Part shown: positions 28,901 through 37,843 of the stretch, piece by piece
Numbering within the stretch: position 1 is the first letter of the stretch
How the letters are laid out: each line of letters begins with the position of its first letter
From: Proteobacteria bacterium UBA6900
Lineage (GTDB): Bacteria; Pseudomonadota; Gammaproteobacteria; Acidiferrobacterales; Sulfurifustaceae
DNA length: 63,350 bases
Assembly (NCBI GenBank): GCA_002451215.1
Contig: DKBM01000006.1
Coordinates: forward strand, 3,495 to 66,844
Direction of reading: 5' to 3'
Notes under the pieces: generated by a model
What the model saw: the letters and a program-made list of their open reading frames with translations, nothing else
Database searches by the model: none
Told to the model about the DNA's origin: nothing
Program-made: the position numbers and the translations under genes

Positions 28901-30507
28901 CAGAAGCAGCGCGCCTCGGCCCGCGGAGGTTAGTCGATTCATTTTCCTGGTATCACCTGCTGCTTTTCAGCGGGCTAACGGTGCTCTATGGGGTGTGGTG
29001 CTGGAGCACTGAGCTTGGCGACTTCGGCGGTGACAATGCGTACTACTTGCTGACGGCCAGACATTTCTCGCCCTGGCTGGGCCCGTCCGACGTCGCTTCT
29101 CATTTCGCCGTTCACAGTCCTTATCCGCCGCTCTTTCCCCTCGTCCTCGCGCTGACGGGTGGGGGTGCCAGCGTATTGGCGGCGCATCTCGTCGTGGCGG
29201 CAGGCTGGGTGGTCGCCATCGTAGTGTTCTACCTCTGGCTTGACGCCCTCGAGTTCACTCGCGTACCGGCGACAGTCGCCGCGGTGCTGTTTGGGTTGTT
29301 GCCGGCGGTGCTGCTCGAAGCGCTATCCGTGCATAGCGAGGCGCTCTATCTGCCGCTGACATTGGTCGCGCTATGGTCAATCGCGCGATATGAGCACGAC
29401 GGAGCGCCAAGCCGTCTCTATGTGGCGGTGGTGGCGATCGGATTGGCAAGTATTACGCGGAGCGCCGGTGTTTCCCTCGCCGTGGCCTTTGGTGCGTACC
29501 TGCTGGTGCATCGCCCCATACGATTTGGCTGGCTACTGGGCGCCGCCGCCGCGCCGATGGTTGTGTGGAGCCTGATCAGCCCAAATCGCGGCCACGGGTA
29601 CGTCGCACAATTGATGGACCGGTATGGCAGCGATCCGCTGGGGTCTTTGGTTTCCCAAGTTTCAGTTGGACTGCGCGCGCTTTGGCGCGGCTGGATTCTG
29701 GCTTTTGGCACTGGCTACACGGCCATGGTCGTACTTTCTCTGGTTGGGTTGATCTGTATCGTGGGGATGCTTTATCGAGTTTGGCGGTGGAAGTTCGATG
29801 GACTGTATGCAGGCGCGTACTTGCTGTTAATAGTGCTCTGGCCATTTCCCGCCGAAGCGCAGCGGCTTGTTTTGGTGATCGTGCCGGTGCTGGTGGCGCA
29901 AGCATTGTTGTTGCTCGGTGCGTTGCCCGGTTTGAAGTCCGGGCGGTGGGTTCTGCGCCATCTCCAGGTGCTGGCTTTGGCCCCGCTGGTAATTGTTGTT
30001 GCGCCGGAGCTTGCGCTTGGCATGCAGCGCTTTGTGCGGCCACTGCCGGATGATCTGATGCCTTACCGGCAGGCGTCGAGCTGGTATGGTGCGCCGCCGC
30101 GCGAGGCCATTGACGACCTCGTATCTCGAGCGGCAGTGGCGCAGCATCTGCGCACCCTCGACAATTGGGTGGGGCCGGATGAGTGTGTCTACGGAATGAA
30201 GCCATCAATCATTGGATTCTACGGCGCGCGCATCAGCTATCCTCCGCCGGGCGCTCGTTTGAGCGACGAGGAATTTCTGACAGCCGTGCGAACCGGTCCA
30301 TGCAGCTATTTCTATGTGATGGGCTACATCAGCCCGTCGTTTCCAACGCCGTATTACCCGGTCATGCGATTGGGAGAGTCCCTGCGGACACTGACCGTTT
30401 CGACTTCGCGCCATGACGAAGGCAGAAGGCCGATCGCCCGGCTGGAGGTTCTGGTTGACCGGCATCCCGGAGCTGTGCCCGATCGCAAGGCAGGGAGGGG
30501 GAAGTGA
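28897..30507 (+). CDS. Polytopic membrane protein, GT-C-like glycosyltransferase candidate (paralog of 26532..28160)
   Basis: ORF track 28840..30507. GTG 28897 overlaps the GT2 stop (GTGA). Loop motif GGDNAYYLL. Shared blocks with the paralog (..P.L(F/Y)P..L...GG.., SE.LYL.LTL.AL, ..CVY..KP..). Confidence 0.65.
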   Translation: MTEAARLGPRRLVDSFSWYHLLLFSGLTVLYGVWCWSTELGDFGGDNAYYLLTARHFSPWLGPSDVASHFAVHSPYPPLFPLVLALTGGGASVLAAHLVVAAGWVVAIVVFYLWLDALEFTRVPATVAAVLFGLLPAVLLEALSVHSEALYLPLTLVALWSIARYEHDGAPSRLYVAVVAIGLASITRSAGVSLAVAFGAYLLVHRPIRFGWLLGAAAAPMVVWSLISPNRGHGYVAQLMDRYGSDPLGSLVSQVSVGLRALWRGWILAFGTGYTAMVVLSLVGLICIVGMLYRVWRWKFDGLYAGAYLLLIVLWPFPAEAQRLVLVIVPVLVAQALLLLGALPGLKSGRWVLRHLQVLALAPLVIVVAPELALGMQRFVRPLPDDLMPYRQASSWYGAPPREAIDDLVSRAAVAQHLRTLDNWVGPDECVYGMKPSIIGFYGARISYPPPGARLSDEEFLTAVRTGPCSYFYVMGYISPSFPTPYYPVMRLGESLRTLTVSTSRHDEGRRPIARLEVLVDRHPGAVPDRKAGRGK

Positions 30508-32138
30508 AGAGCACGCGACTCTCCGCGAAGCAGTTGCTCGGTAGGCTCGATTTTTCCGCTGTGTTGCTCGGAGTAAGTATCTTAATCGCCCTCGCGTTGC
30601 GTCTTCATGGAATTCACTGGGGCCTGCCAAACGCTGATCACCCGCTCTACTCCTATCATCCGGACGAGGTCCTTCATCTCACCGCGGCGCGTGTGCTCGT
30701 CGAAGGCGTGATGATTCCCAAGCACTTCCAATACGGGGGAACATTTTACTACACGATTCTGAACGCGATTTTCTTCTTTGCCGGACTTTTTGGTGATGCG
30801 CTCGGGCAGGTCAATCGTATTGCGGCGACGCTGCTGCTTGGAAGGTATTTTCTCGTCGGCATTGCAGTATTGACGATCGTGTTGGCCTATGCCGTCGGTA
30901 CCCAACTGTTTAGCCGGCCGACGGGCGCGGTTGCAGCAATGCTCTTGGCGGTGATGCCGGCACACATCGCGAGCGCCCAGCATCTGCGGCCGGACGAAAT
31001 ATCAGCATTCCTGGCCTTGCTGGTTGTCTATACCGCCGTTCGGATACTTCGGGCCGACGAGCCCTTGGGCGTACGTCCGCTCGTCTATTCGGGACTTGTT
31101 GTAGGCGTCGCAAGCGCGCTTCGACTTCCGCTCGCGGTGTTCGGTATTGTGCCACTTGTCGCCTATCTCTTGCGCGACGGGTGGAGCGAGCCACGGTGGA
31201 TCTTCTCAGCAGCGACGTGGCGCGTGTGCCTGGTCCTTGCGCTTTGCGCAGCAGGGGGCTATGCGTTGACGAGTCCACATAGCCTCGTACATCCACGAAT
31301 GTTTCTGGCCGGTCTCCAAGTTACATGGCGTTACGAGACCAACCCTTTTCCTGATGCGGTTGAAATGGGGCCTGGCCTCTACCAGTACGGTTGGACGATG
31401 CTCAGGCAGGCGCTTGGGACTCCCCTGTATGCGCTGGCGCTTGCCGGCATCGTGGTTGCTGTCTGGCGGCGCACGCGGGAGCAACAACTGCTGCTGGCGG
31501 GGATTATCCCGTATTTCGTAATCGCGACCTTTGCATCTTGGGTTGTGGTTCGCTACCTCTTGCCGCTCCTGCCCTTGTTGGCGTTGCTTTCTGCCAAGGT
31601 GGTCACTGATGCCTTTGAGTATGCGGGCACGCGACGTTGGGTGGTCAGCGCACTGGTTGCATCAGCGCTGGCGTGGACCGTGATGGGTGACCTCGCTTTT
31701 GTGCAACTCGAATTTCGACGCAACAACCAGGATGTCGCGAAAGATTGGATCGCAGCAGAGATTCCGCCTGGCGCCACCATTGGTACCTTTCGGCAGTACC
31801 GCGAGGACGTGTACTTCAACCCGGTAATTCCACCCGGGTTCACGCATGTCGTGCTTCCACTCGTTGCCGGCGCTGATCCCGCAGAGTGGCTCGATCAGGA
31901 GCGACCACAATACCTCGTGCTGCATGAGTTCATCTACAAGAACATGGAGCGTCTCGGCGAGCGACATCCGCAGCAACACGTGTACGCTTTGCTTCAGGCC
32001 TTACAGACCGGAAAGTACGAGTTGGTGAAGGAGTTCAAGCAGCCTGTTGCGATTCTTGGCGTGGATTTCTCGTCGAACTTCAGTTCACATGACTACTCGG
32101 TCGTGAATCCCGGAATACGGATATATCGGCTGCGGTAG
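30504..32138 (+). CDS. GT-C family membrane glycosyltransferase (ArnT/PMT, GT39-like)
   Basis: GTG 30504 overlaps the upstream stop (GTGA) with GGGAGGGGG upstream. LRLHGIHWGLPNADHPLYSYHPDE loop motif; ~11 TM helices plus a soluble C-terminal domain. Confidence 0.7.
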   Translation: MKSTRLSAKQLLGRLDFSAVLLGVSILIALALRLHGIHWGLPNADHPLYSYHPDEVLHLTAARVLVEGVMIPKHFQYGGTFYYTILNAIFFFAGLFGDALGQVNRIAATLLLGRYFLVGIAVLTIVLAYAVGTQLFSRPTGAVAAMLLAVMPAHIASAQHLRPDEISAFLALLVVYTAVRILRADEPLGVRPLVYSGLVVGVASALRLPLAVFGIVPLVAYLLRDGWSEPRWIFSAATWRVCLVLALCAAGGYALTSPHSLVHPRMFLAGLQVTWRYETNPFPDAVEMGPGLYQYGWTMLRQALGTPLYALALAGIVVAVWRRTREQQLLLAGIIPYFVIATFASWVVVRYLLPLLPLLALLSAKVVTDAFEYAGTRRWVVSALVASALAWTVMGDLAFVQLEFRRNNQDVAKDWIAAEIPPGATIGTFRQYREDVYFNPVIPPGFTHVVLPLVAGADPAEWLDQERPQYLVLHEFIYKNMERLGERHPQQHVYALLQALQTGKYELVKEFKQPVAILGVDFSSNFSSHDYSVVNPGIRIYRLR

Positions 32139-32166
32139 GCTGTTTCCCTCAGGACGCAGCGGCGGG

Positions 32167-33018
32167 CTACGCGTCAGCGCGACAAAGGACGTTCAGACTG
32201 CCACCGTCCGGAATCATGCCCTGCAGCAGTGACGTCGTGTTGGGTAGTGCCGTCAAATCAGGAACACGGAAGAACGAGTAGTGAAGATCTGTCAGAATTT
32301 CCACCAATTCGTCCAGCGATGAGCCGGCCTCCTCCAGACCGTAGGGCATGAATTCAATCAGCAGGCTCGGTCGGAACTTGCTTAATGTCTTCACCGCGCC
32401 GCGCAGAATGCGGCACTCGTGTCCGTCGACGTCAATTTTCATGAAGTCGATTCGGGAGATGTCGTGTCGTGCGATCCAGTCATCAAGTGCGACGACCTCA
32501 GCACCGTCGGTGCTGGCCGCAATACCCAGGTGTGTCGAGTGTCGCGCTTCTGGCGCATGACGGAGCGGCCAGCGTGCGTACAGGTCCAGGTCCGGTAGGT
32601 CGCCGCTCTGTGCCGCGAGCATTGCCTGGCAGGCGGAGACTCGCAGGGCGAGGGGAGGATTGAGCGCGAGATTTCGCTGCAGTCTATTGAACGCGTAGGT
32701 CGTTGGCTCAAAGGCAAGGACATGCCCGGCGGGGCCGACGAGATGCGCAAAGGGAAGCGTATGGGCCCCGATGTTGGCGCCCACGTCGATGACTACGGCA
32801 CCGGGTTTGATCAGTCGCGAGTAGGCGCGTATTGACGAGCGCTCGAAGGCGCCAAGTAGATAGATGGCGAAATCGATGCCCTCGCCCAAATCCAGGTCCC
32901 AGACAATATCGCCACGAACAACAATGGTGTGGTCGTCGCGCGTGAACAAAGCTCTCGCGGCATGCACGCATTGATAGGCCCACCGCGCGAGGGTGATCTT
33001 GCGTCGCGTACTCAGCAT
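32167..33018 (-). CDS. FkbM family methyltransferase
   Basis: VVIDVGANIGAHTLPFA.. SAM-binding motif and the length are typical of the FkbM family. Confidence 0.85.
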   Translation of the reverse strand: MLSTRRKITLARWAYQCVHAARALFTRDDHTIVVRGDIVWDLDLGEGIDFAIYLLGAFERSSIRAYSRLIKPGAVVIDVGANIGAHTLPFAHLVGPAGHVLAFEPTTYAFNRLQRNLALNPPLALRVSACQAMLAAQSGDLPDLDLYARWPLRHAPEARHSTHLGIAASTDGAEVVALDDWIARHDISRIDFMKIDVDGHECRILRGAVKTLSKFRPSLLIEFMPYGLEEAGSSLDELVEILTDLHYSFFRVPDLTALPNTTSLLQGMIPDGGSLNVLCRADA

Positions 33019-33043
33019 CGTGGCATGTCGCTGGTTCCCGGGA

Positions 33044-34459
33044 CTAAACGCTCTTGAGCTTGCGGTACGCGTACATCACCATCGCCAGGAGCTGCAGGCC
33101 ATGCCTGAATCGACGAATCTTGGTTTCCCCGTATACGCGAGCCCGGTAGCGAATTGGAATTTCCACAATGCGCAGATTGAGCTTGCTCGCGCCGAACAGG
33201 AGATCAAAATCACCGAATGGATCGAATTCGCCAAAATACGCACGACCGGCAACGATCTGACGATATGCCTCGCGGCGAACGACCTTCGTTCCGCATAGCG
33301 TATCCTTGAGTCGCTGCCCGAGGAGCCAGCTGAATGCCATGGCGAACAGTTTGTTCGCAAACAGATTGAGCAATCGCATCGCCTCGTCTTCCATCGGGTA
33401 CACGAGGCGCGACCCGTTTAGAAACTCTGCCTTGCCGGTCGCGATCGCGTCGTAGAACTTCCTCAGTTCTTCCGGAGGTACCGTCAGGTCCGCGTCCAGT
33501 ATCATCAGTACGTCGCCAATGGCCGCCGCGAAACCTGTGCGCACGGCATCTGCCTTGCCGGTTCCCTCTTGAACGAGCAACTTGATATCGCGGTCCGGGT
33601 ACGCGGCGATTACCCGCCGTATCTCGTCCTGTGTTCCATCCGTCGAGTGGCCGTCGACGAAGATGATCTCCTGGTGACGTCCGAATGGCGGAAGCCGCTT
33701 GACCGCTGCTTCGATGTTGCCAAGTTCGTTCCGGCAGGGAACGACAATCGTGGTCGTGAGCGTTTCGCGGGGTGGTTCCGGCAACGGCCTGGCAACGACA
33801 TAATGGGTCAAGCACGCGTGGTTGATCACCGGAAGGTTACCGATGTGGTTCAGGATCCAGCTCACAAGCGGAACGAACTTGGGAAATAGCAGGCGACGGT
33901 CAATACGAACCACCTCGAAGTGGGCGAGCGCAAATAGATTGGCGACGTCGTCTGGCGACAACCAGCTCCGGGGCGGTGCCGGCATTTTCAGTCGAAGATG
34001 CTCGGCAAGCGTCAGTATCGGCTCCCACAGAAAATTGTAGTAGGACACGATCACGCGCGTCTCGGATGAGCAAAATCGTCGCACCTGATCAAGGCAGCGC
34101 TGGATATCGTCCAGGTAGCCGACAAGGTCCGACAGAATCACGAAGTCAAACTGCTGGTCCGCGAGCTTAAGCAGACTCGTGGCATCGTCCTCCTCAAAGT
34201 GAAGCGACGGATGCTTCGCGCGTGCACGCGCGATCATCGCCGGACTAATGTCAATTCCAACGCCGTATTCGGGCGCTAGCGCCGCCAGCAGATCCCCGGT
34301 TCCGCAGCCCAATTGCAGGACGCGCTTCTTCTTGCCAACCAGATGCTGCAGATGGCGCGCCTGGTCGACGTGGTAGTAGCGATTGCGACGGCGCCATGAC
34401 GCCAGCTCCGGCGCCAAGTGGTCGAAGTGTTCCTGTATTGTGCGCGTGCGGTCATTCAT
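33044..34459 (-). CDS. Bifunctional class I SAM methyltransferase / GT2 glycosyltransferase fusion
   Basis: N-terminal VLQLGCGTGDLL (motif I) and FDFVILSDLVGYL. C-terminal IVVPCRNE..IIFVDGHSTDGT..MILDADLTVPPEE. Confidence 0.85.
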   Translation of the reverse strand: MNDRTRTIQEHFDHLAPELASWRRRNRYYHVDQARHLQHLVGKKKRVLQLGCGTGDLLAALAPEYGVGIDISPAMIARARAKHPSLHFEEDDATSLLKLADQQFDFVILSDLVGYLDDIQRCLDQVRRFCSSETRVIVSYYNFLWEPILTLAEHLRLKMPAPPRSWLSPDDVANLFALAHFEVVRIDRRLLFPKFVPLVSWILNHIGNLPVINHACLTHYVVARPLPEPPRETLTTTIVVPCRNELGNIEAAVKRLPPFGRHQEIIFVDGHSTDGTQDEIRRVIAAYPDRDIKLLVQEGTGKADAVRTGFAAAIGDVLMILDADLTVPPEELRKFYDAIATGKAEFLNGSRLVYPMEDEAMRLLNLFANKLFAMAFSWLLGQRLKDTLCGTKVVRREAYRQIVAGRAYFGEFDPFGDFDLLFGASKLNLRIVEIPIRYRARVYGETKIRRFRHGLQLLAMVMYAYRKLKSV

Positions 34460-35519
34460 GTGGTGTGAGCGCCGGTGGTGGGTGCTTCGCTAGGCCGAGG
34501 AGAACGAGCGCGCCGGGCAACGACGAAAGCCAAAGTACCGCGAGATAGAGTAGCGAGAGCGAAAGCGCGGCGGCTTTGTCGACACCCGCCGCAACGAGCA
34601 AGGTGACGAACACGCCCTCCCGCACGCCGAGACCACCGATTGAAATGGGCAGCGTCGCCGCCAGAAATACGACCGGAATGACGAAGAAGTAAAGCAACAG
34701 CGGCTGCCATATGTCGATACTGATGGCCAGAATGTAGTAGGCACTGATGATGCAGGACTGAACAATCAGCGAAAGTGCGGCCGCCGCAAGTACCAGGCCC
34801 GTTCGCTGCGGGATGCGATGGAGCAACTGAAGCGTTTGCAGTCCCGCCTTGCGCCACTTGGTTGACTTGAACCGGACTACGAGGTGGTCGAGGTATGCGC
34901 CGACCGTGGGTCGGGTGGCGAGCCAGAACAGGCAGATGCCCACTAGCACGGCGGTAATCAGGAGCACGCGCGTGCTGCGTGTCAGAGCGATACCGGGGAA
35001 GAACGAGAGCGCAGTGACGCCAGTGCAGAGCACAACGGCCAATCCAATGATACGGTCGCCTACAGATGATGCCACGAGTTTTCGAAGACTGACCTGGCGA
35101 TGTTTGAGGTGGGCGATACGCACGACGTCGCCGCCGATGCCCGTTGGCAGGAAGTTGTTGAGGAATACGCCGAGGTAGTAACTCGGAAAGAGCGCCCCAA
35201 ATGGACGATCAATTCCGGCGTCTCGCGCGACTAGCCACCAACGGAATCCGCCCAACACAAATCCCAGCACATGCAGCGCGACCGCAGCGGTGATCGCCCC
35301 CGCGTTCGTCGAGGAGATCGAGCGCTCCAGGTTTTGGAAATCTGTGCCTGCGAGCAGCCAATAGAGCAGTGCACCGGTAGCGAGGATCTTCGCTGTGACG
35401 ATCAGCCAGAGTTTCATGGAGCGCATTGCGCGGGTACCAAGGGCGCCATCTCGGGGGTTGAATCGGGTTGTTGTTCTGCGCTTGCCGCAGGCTGCCAGGT
35501 CTGTCGCAGCGGACATCAA
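34452..35519 (-). CDS. UPF0104 / lysyl-PG-synthase-TM-domain (flippase-like) membrane protein
   Basis: NNFLPTGIGGDVVRI motif, ~8 TM; 8-nt overlap with the downstream fusion gene. Start uncertain (TTG 35519, ATG 35516, ATG 35426 or 35417). Confidence 0.75.
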   Translation of the reverse strand: MMSAATDLAACGKRRTTTRFNPRDGALGTRAMRSMKLWLIVTAKILATGALLYWLLAGTDFQNLERSISSTNAGAITAAVALHVLGFVLGGFRWWLVARDAGIDRPFGALFPSYYLGVFLNNFLPTGIGGDVVRIAHLKHRQVSLRKLVASSVGDRIIGLAVVLCTGVTALSFFPGIALTRSTRVLLITAVLVGICLFWLATRPTVGAYLDHLVVRFKSTKWRKAGLQTLQLLHRIPQRTGLVLAAAALSLIVQSCIISAYYILAISIDIWQPLLLYFFVIPVVFLAATLPISIGGLGVREGVFVTLLVAAGVDKAAALSLSLLYLAVLWLSSLPGALVLLGLAKHPPPALTPHE

Positions 35520-35818
35520 TTGCCGCTGGCCATGGCAAGTATAGTTCAGATCTGGGGACGCAAGACTCGTGTGTCTGCTTCGAAGTCAGCGGGTTCGCGC
35601 CTCAACGAGCTTGGCGCAAGTGGCGTTATGGGGTGCGTATCCGGTGCTCGGGCGGGCGGACCCGATCGCCGTCGCACAAGACAGCTGCAGGGGGGTAGGC
35701 GTCAATGAATCAGCTGCGCGTGGATGCGCTTACAACAAGCCGTGCAAACGGGGGTCCGAGTCATCCGTCGACGGCAGATCGGTATCGCGGGAGTGCGGCG
35801 CCGATAGCATTGACTGAA

Positions 35819-37036
35819 TTAGGGCCGATCTTTTTCTTGCGCAGTCGTTGGCCCGTTGCGAAGGCAAAGCTGTTGTAAGGTTTCCGTAAGCAGGGTCACC
35901 CCCACTCGCGACGCCAGAGCCCGCTCATAGTAATTCCGTCCCGCGCGTCCCATTCGAAGGCGCCGGTCAGGCTCGCGCGCCAGCGCGTCAATTGCGGATG
36001 CAAGCGCGGCCGGGTCACCGGGAGTGACCATGACAAACGGAGGCTCATCGGTTTGTTGGGCCAGCGCGCGGGCGTAGCGCGTGTCGCCTGTAATCAGAGC
36101 TCGGCCGACAGCCAGATAGGCATAGTTCTTCAGCGGCCAAACACGTCCGGCCTTTTCGCTCGAGCCAAAGATTCCGAGACAAATACTCGCATCGGCGATG
36201 TGCTTGGCGATCGCACGTGGGTCCTGCCAGCCGCGGATCCAGGTCAGGTTGGGGCATGGTGTCTCGCTCAGCAGCGCGGCGACCAATGGCGATCGCTGGC
36301 CGTCACCAATCAGGACAAACTCGATGTTCGGACGATCACGTAACAGGATTGCCGCGCGTGCAATCGTTTCGACGCCTTGCAGAGGAACGAAGGTCCCTAC
36401 GAAGAGCACTCGCGTTCGACCATTCACCAAGGCAGGCACGGCCGGTTGATAGGCATTCTCGTCGATGCTCAGCGGTATCGCCCGCAAGCGGCCGCGTGGT
36501 ACCTCAAGCGTCGTTGCGAAATAGTCTGCGCTGGCCTCGGTATCGACGATGATGCAGTCGGCGGTTCGGTAGGCGCGCGATTCAATGCGCCGCAGCAGGT
36601 GGGAGATTGGGTTGCGCGGCGTGAGCAACCGTCGGTCACCCGTGACCGTATCGTATATGGAAATGAACGCGTCAGCGGCAATGCGTTTCGGGCGAAGAGC
36701 GCGCGGCAAAAGAGAAAACGCGAACAACAGCCCCACGGCTGGATATGGCATGTACACGCATTCGAGCGGCCGCCTGGTGATCGCGGCGGCCACCACATAG
36801 ATATGTGCGACGATGGCGCGGATGAGCGCAACTGCCAATGCCAGGTACTTGCGCAGGCCGGTCCGGGCCGCCCGTGGAACGGGTCGGCGGAACGGGTAGT
36901 TGATCTCCTGGTAGCCTTGGCGGTAGCGGTCGCGAATGCCCTGCACCTTGAATCTGACATTCGGGTATCCATCCGAAAAGACATGAACGCCGACCACCGC
37001 TATCTGGGGGCTCGGCATCCCGCTTTTGGAATTCAT
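35819..37036 (-). CDS. GT-B fold glycosyltransferase (GT4/GT1-like)
   Basis: RVLFVGTFVPLQGVETIARAA..FVLIGDG..; C-terminal Rossmann half ending ..PLKNYAYLAVGRALI; one N-terminal hydrophobic segment. Confidence 0.7.
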   Translation of the reverse strand: MNSKSGMPSPQIAVVGVHVFSDGYPNVRFKVQGIRDRYRQGYQEINYPFRRPVPRAARTGLRKYLALAVALIRAIVAHIYVVAAAITRRPLECVYMPYPAVGLLFAFSLLPRALRPKRIAADAFISIYDTVTGDRRLLTPRNPISHLLRRIESRAYRTADCIIVDTEASADYFATTLEVPRGRLRAIPLSIDENAYQPAVPALVNGRTRVLFVGTFVPLQGVETIARAAILLRDRPNIEFVLIGDGQRSPLVAALLSETPCPNLTWIRGWQDPRAIAKHIADASICLGIFGSSEKAGRVWPLKNYAYLAVGRALITGDTRYARALAQQTDEPPFVMVTPGDPAALASAIDALAREPDRRLRMGRAGRNYYERALASRVGVTLLTETLQQLCLRNGPTTAQEKDRP

Positions 37037-37836
37037 GGTGAGGTGGCGGGCGCTGCCGAGGTGGCGTGCGCCAGGACGATGAACCCGTCGCCCGCATCCG
37101 AATTGCGCGCGAGGTTCTGCACAAAGAAGAAGGGCCGCAATAGCGTTGCCCAGGGCAGGTGACGAAAGCTTCGGGCGAGCGATCGATCGACCCCGCTGCG
37201 CCGGGTTGCCGCCAGCGCGTCAAGGTGTTCGGCGCGGTTTCGCCGGAGATAATACAGCTGCCGCAGAGGAAAGGAGAGCGCGGTGATCGGGAATCCGTAA
37301 CAATGCAGCTGGTCGATGCGAAATGATCCACTCGTGAACTTCTCGAGTAGCTCGCGACGTTCGTATCGACGCACGTGACCGGCGTATTCGTCGACGCGTT
37401 GCCACTTTCGCATGAATGCCGGCGCCGAGAACAGAAAGTGGCCTCCCGACCGAAGCAGCCGGTGGACCGCGGCAAATGCCGGACGGTCATCGTTCAGGTG
37501 CTCGAACACCTCGCACGCGACGATCAAGTCGTAACCGCCGGAATCCGGCAGTTCCTGGAAATCGCCGTCCAATACCCGCAGGCGAGGTGTTTGACCCAGG
37601 CGCTTGCGTAGCAGGGCGGTAGAATCGGGTGAGAAGTCGATCAAGTCGCCGATGGAATCCGGAAACCGCCGCGAGAGGTAAAGACTGACATCGCCCAACC
37701 CTGGACCGATTTCCAGAAATCGAGCGGGGGGTTCGCGCAGCGTGCCGAGCATCTGTTCCAGCACGGCCAGCCGCATCAGGTAGCGCGGCGCAGGCGCGAC
37801 AACATCATCAAATATCGAAGGGTGACCCGGGCTCAT
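37033..37836 (-). CDS. Class I SAM-dependent methyltransferase
   Basis: FLEIGPGLGDVSLYL (motif I), YDLIVACEVFEHL; 4-nt overlap with the downstream GT4 gene. Confidence 0.8.
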   Translation of the reverse strand: MSPGHPSIFDDVVAPAPRYLMRLAVLEQMLGTLREPPARFLEIGPGLGDVSLYLSRRFPDSIGDLIDFSPDSTALLRKRLGQTPRLRVLDGDFQELPDSGGYDLIVACEVFEHLNDDRPAFAAVHRLLRSGGHFLFSAPAFMRKWQRVDEYAGHVRRYERRELLEKFTSGSFRIDQLHCYGFPITALSFPLRQLYYLRRNRAEHLDALAATRRSGVDRSLARSFRHLPWATLLRPFFFVQNLARNSDAGDGFIVLAHATSAAPATSP

Positions 37837-37843
37837 CGAGCAA

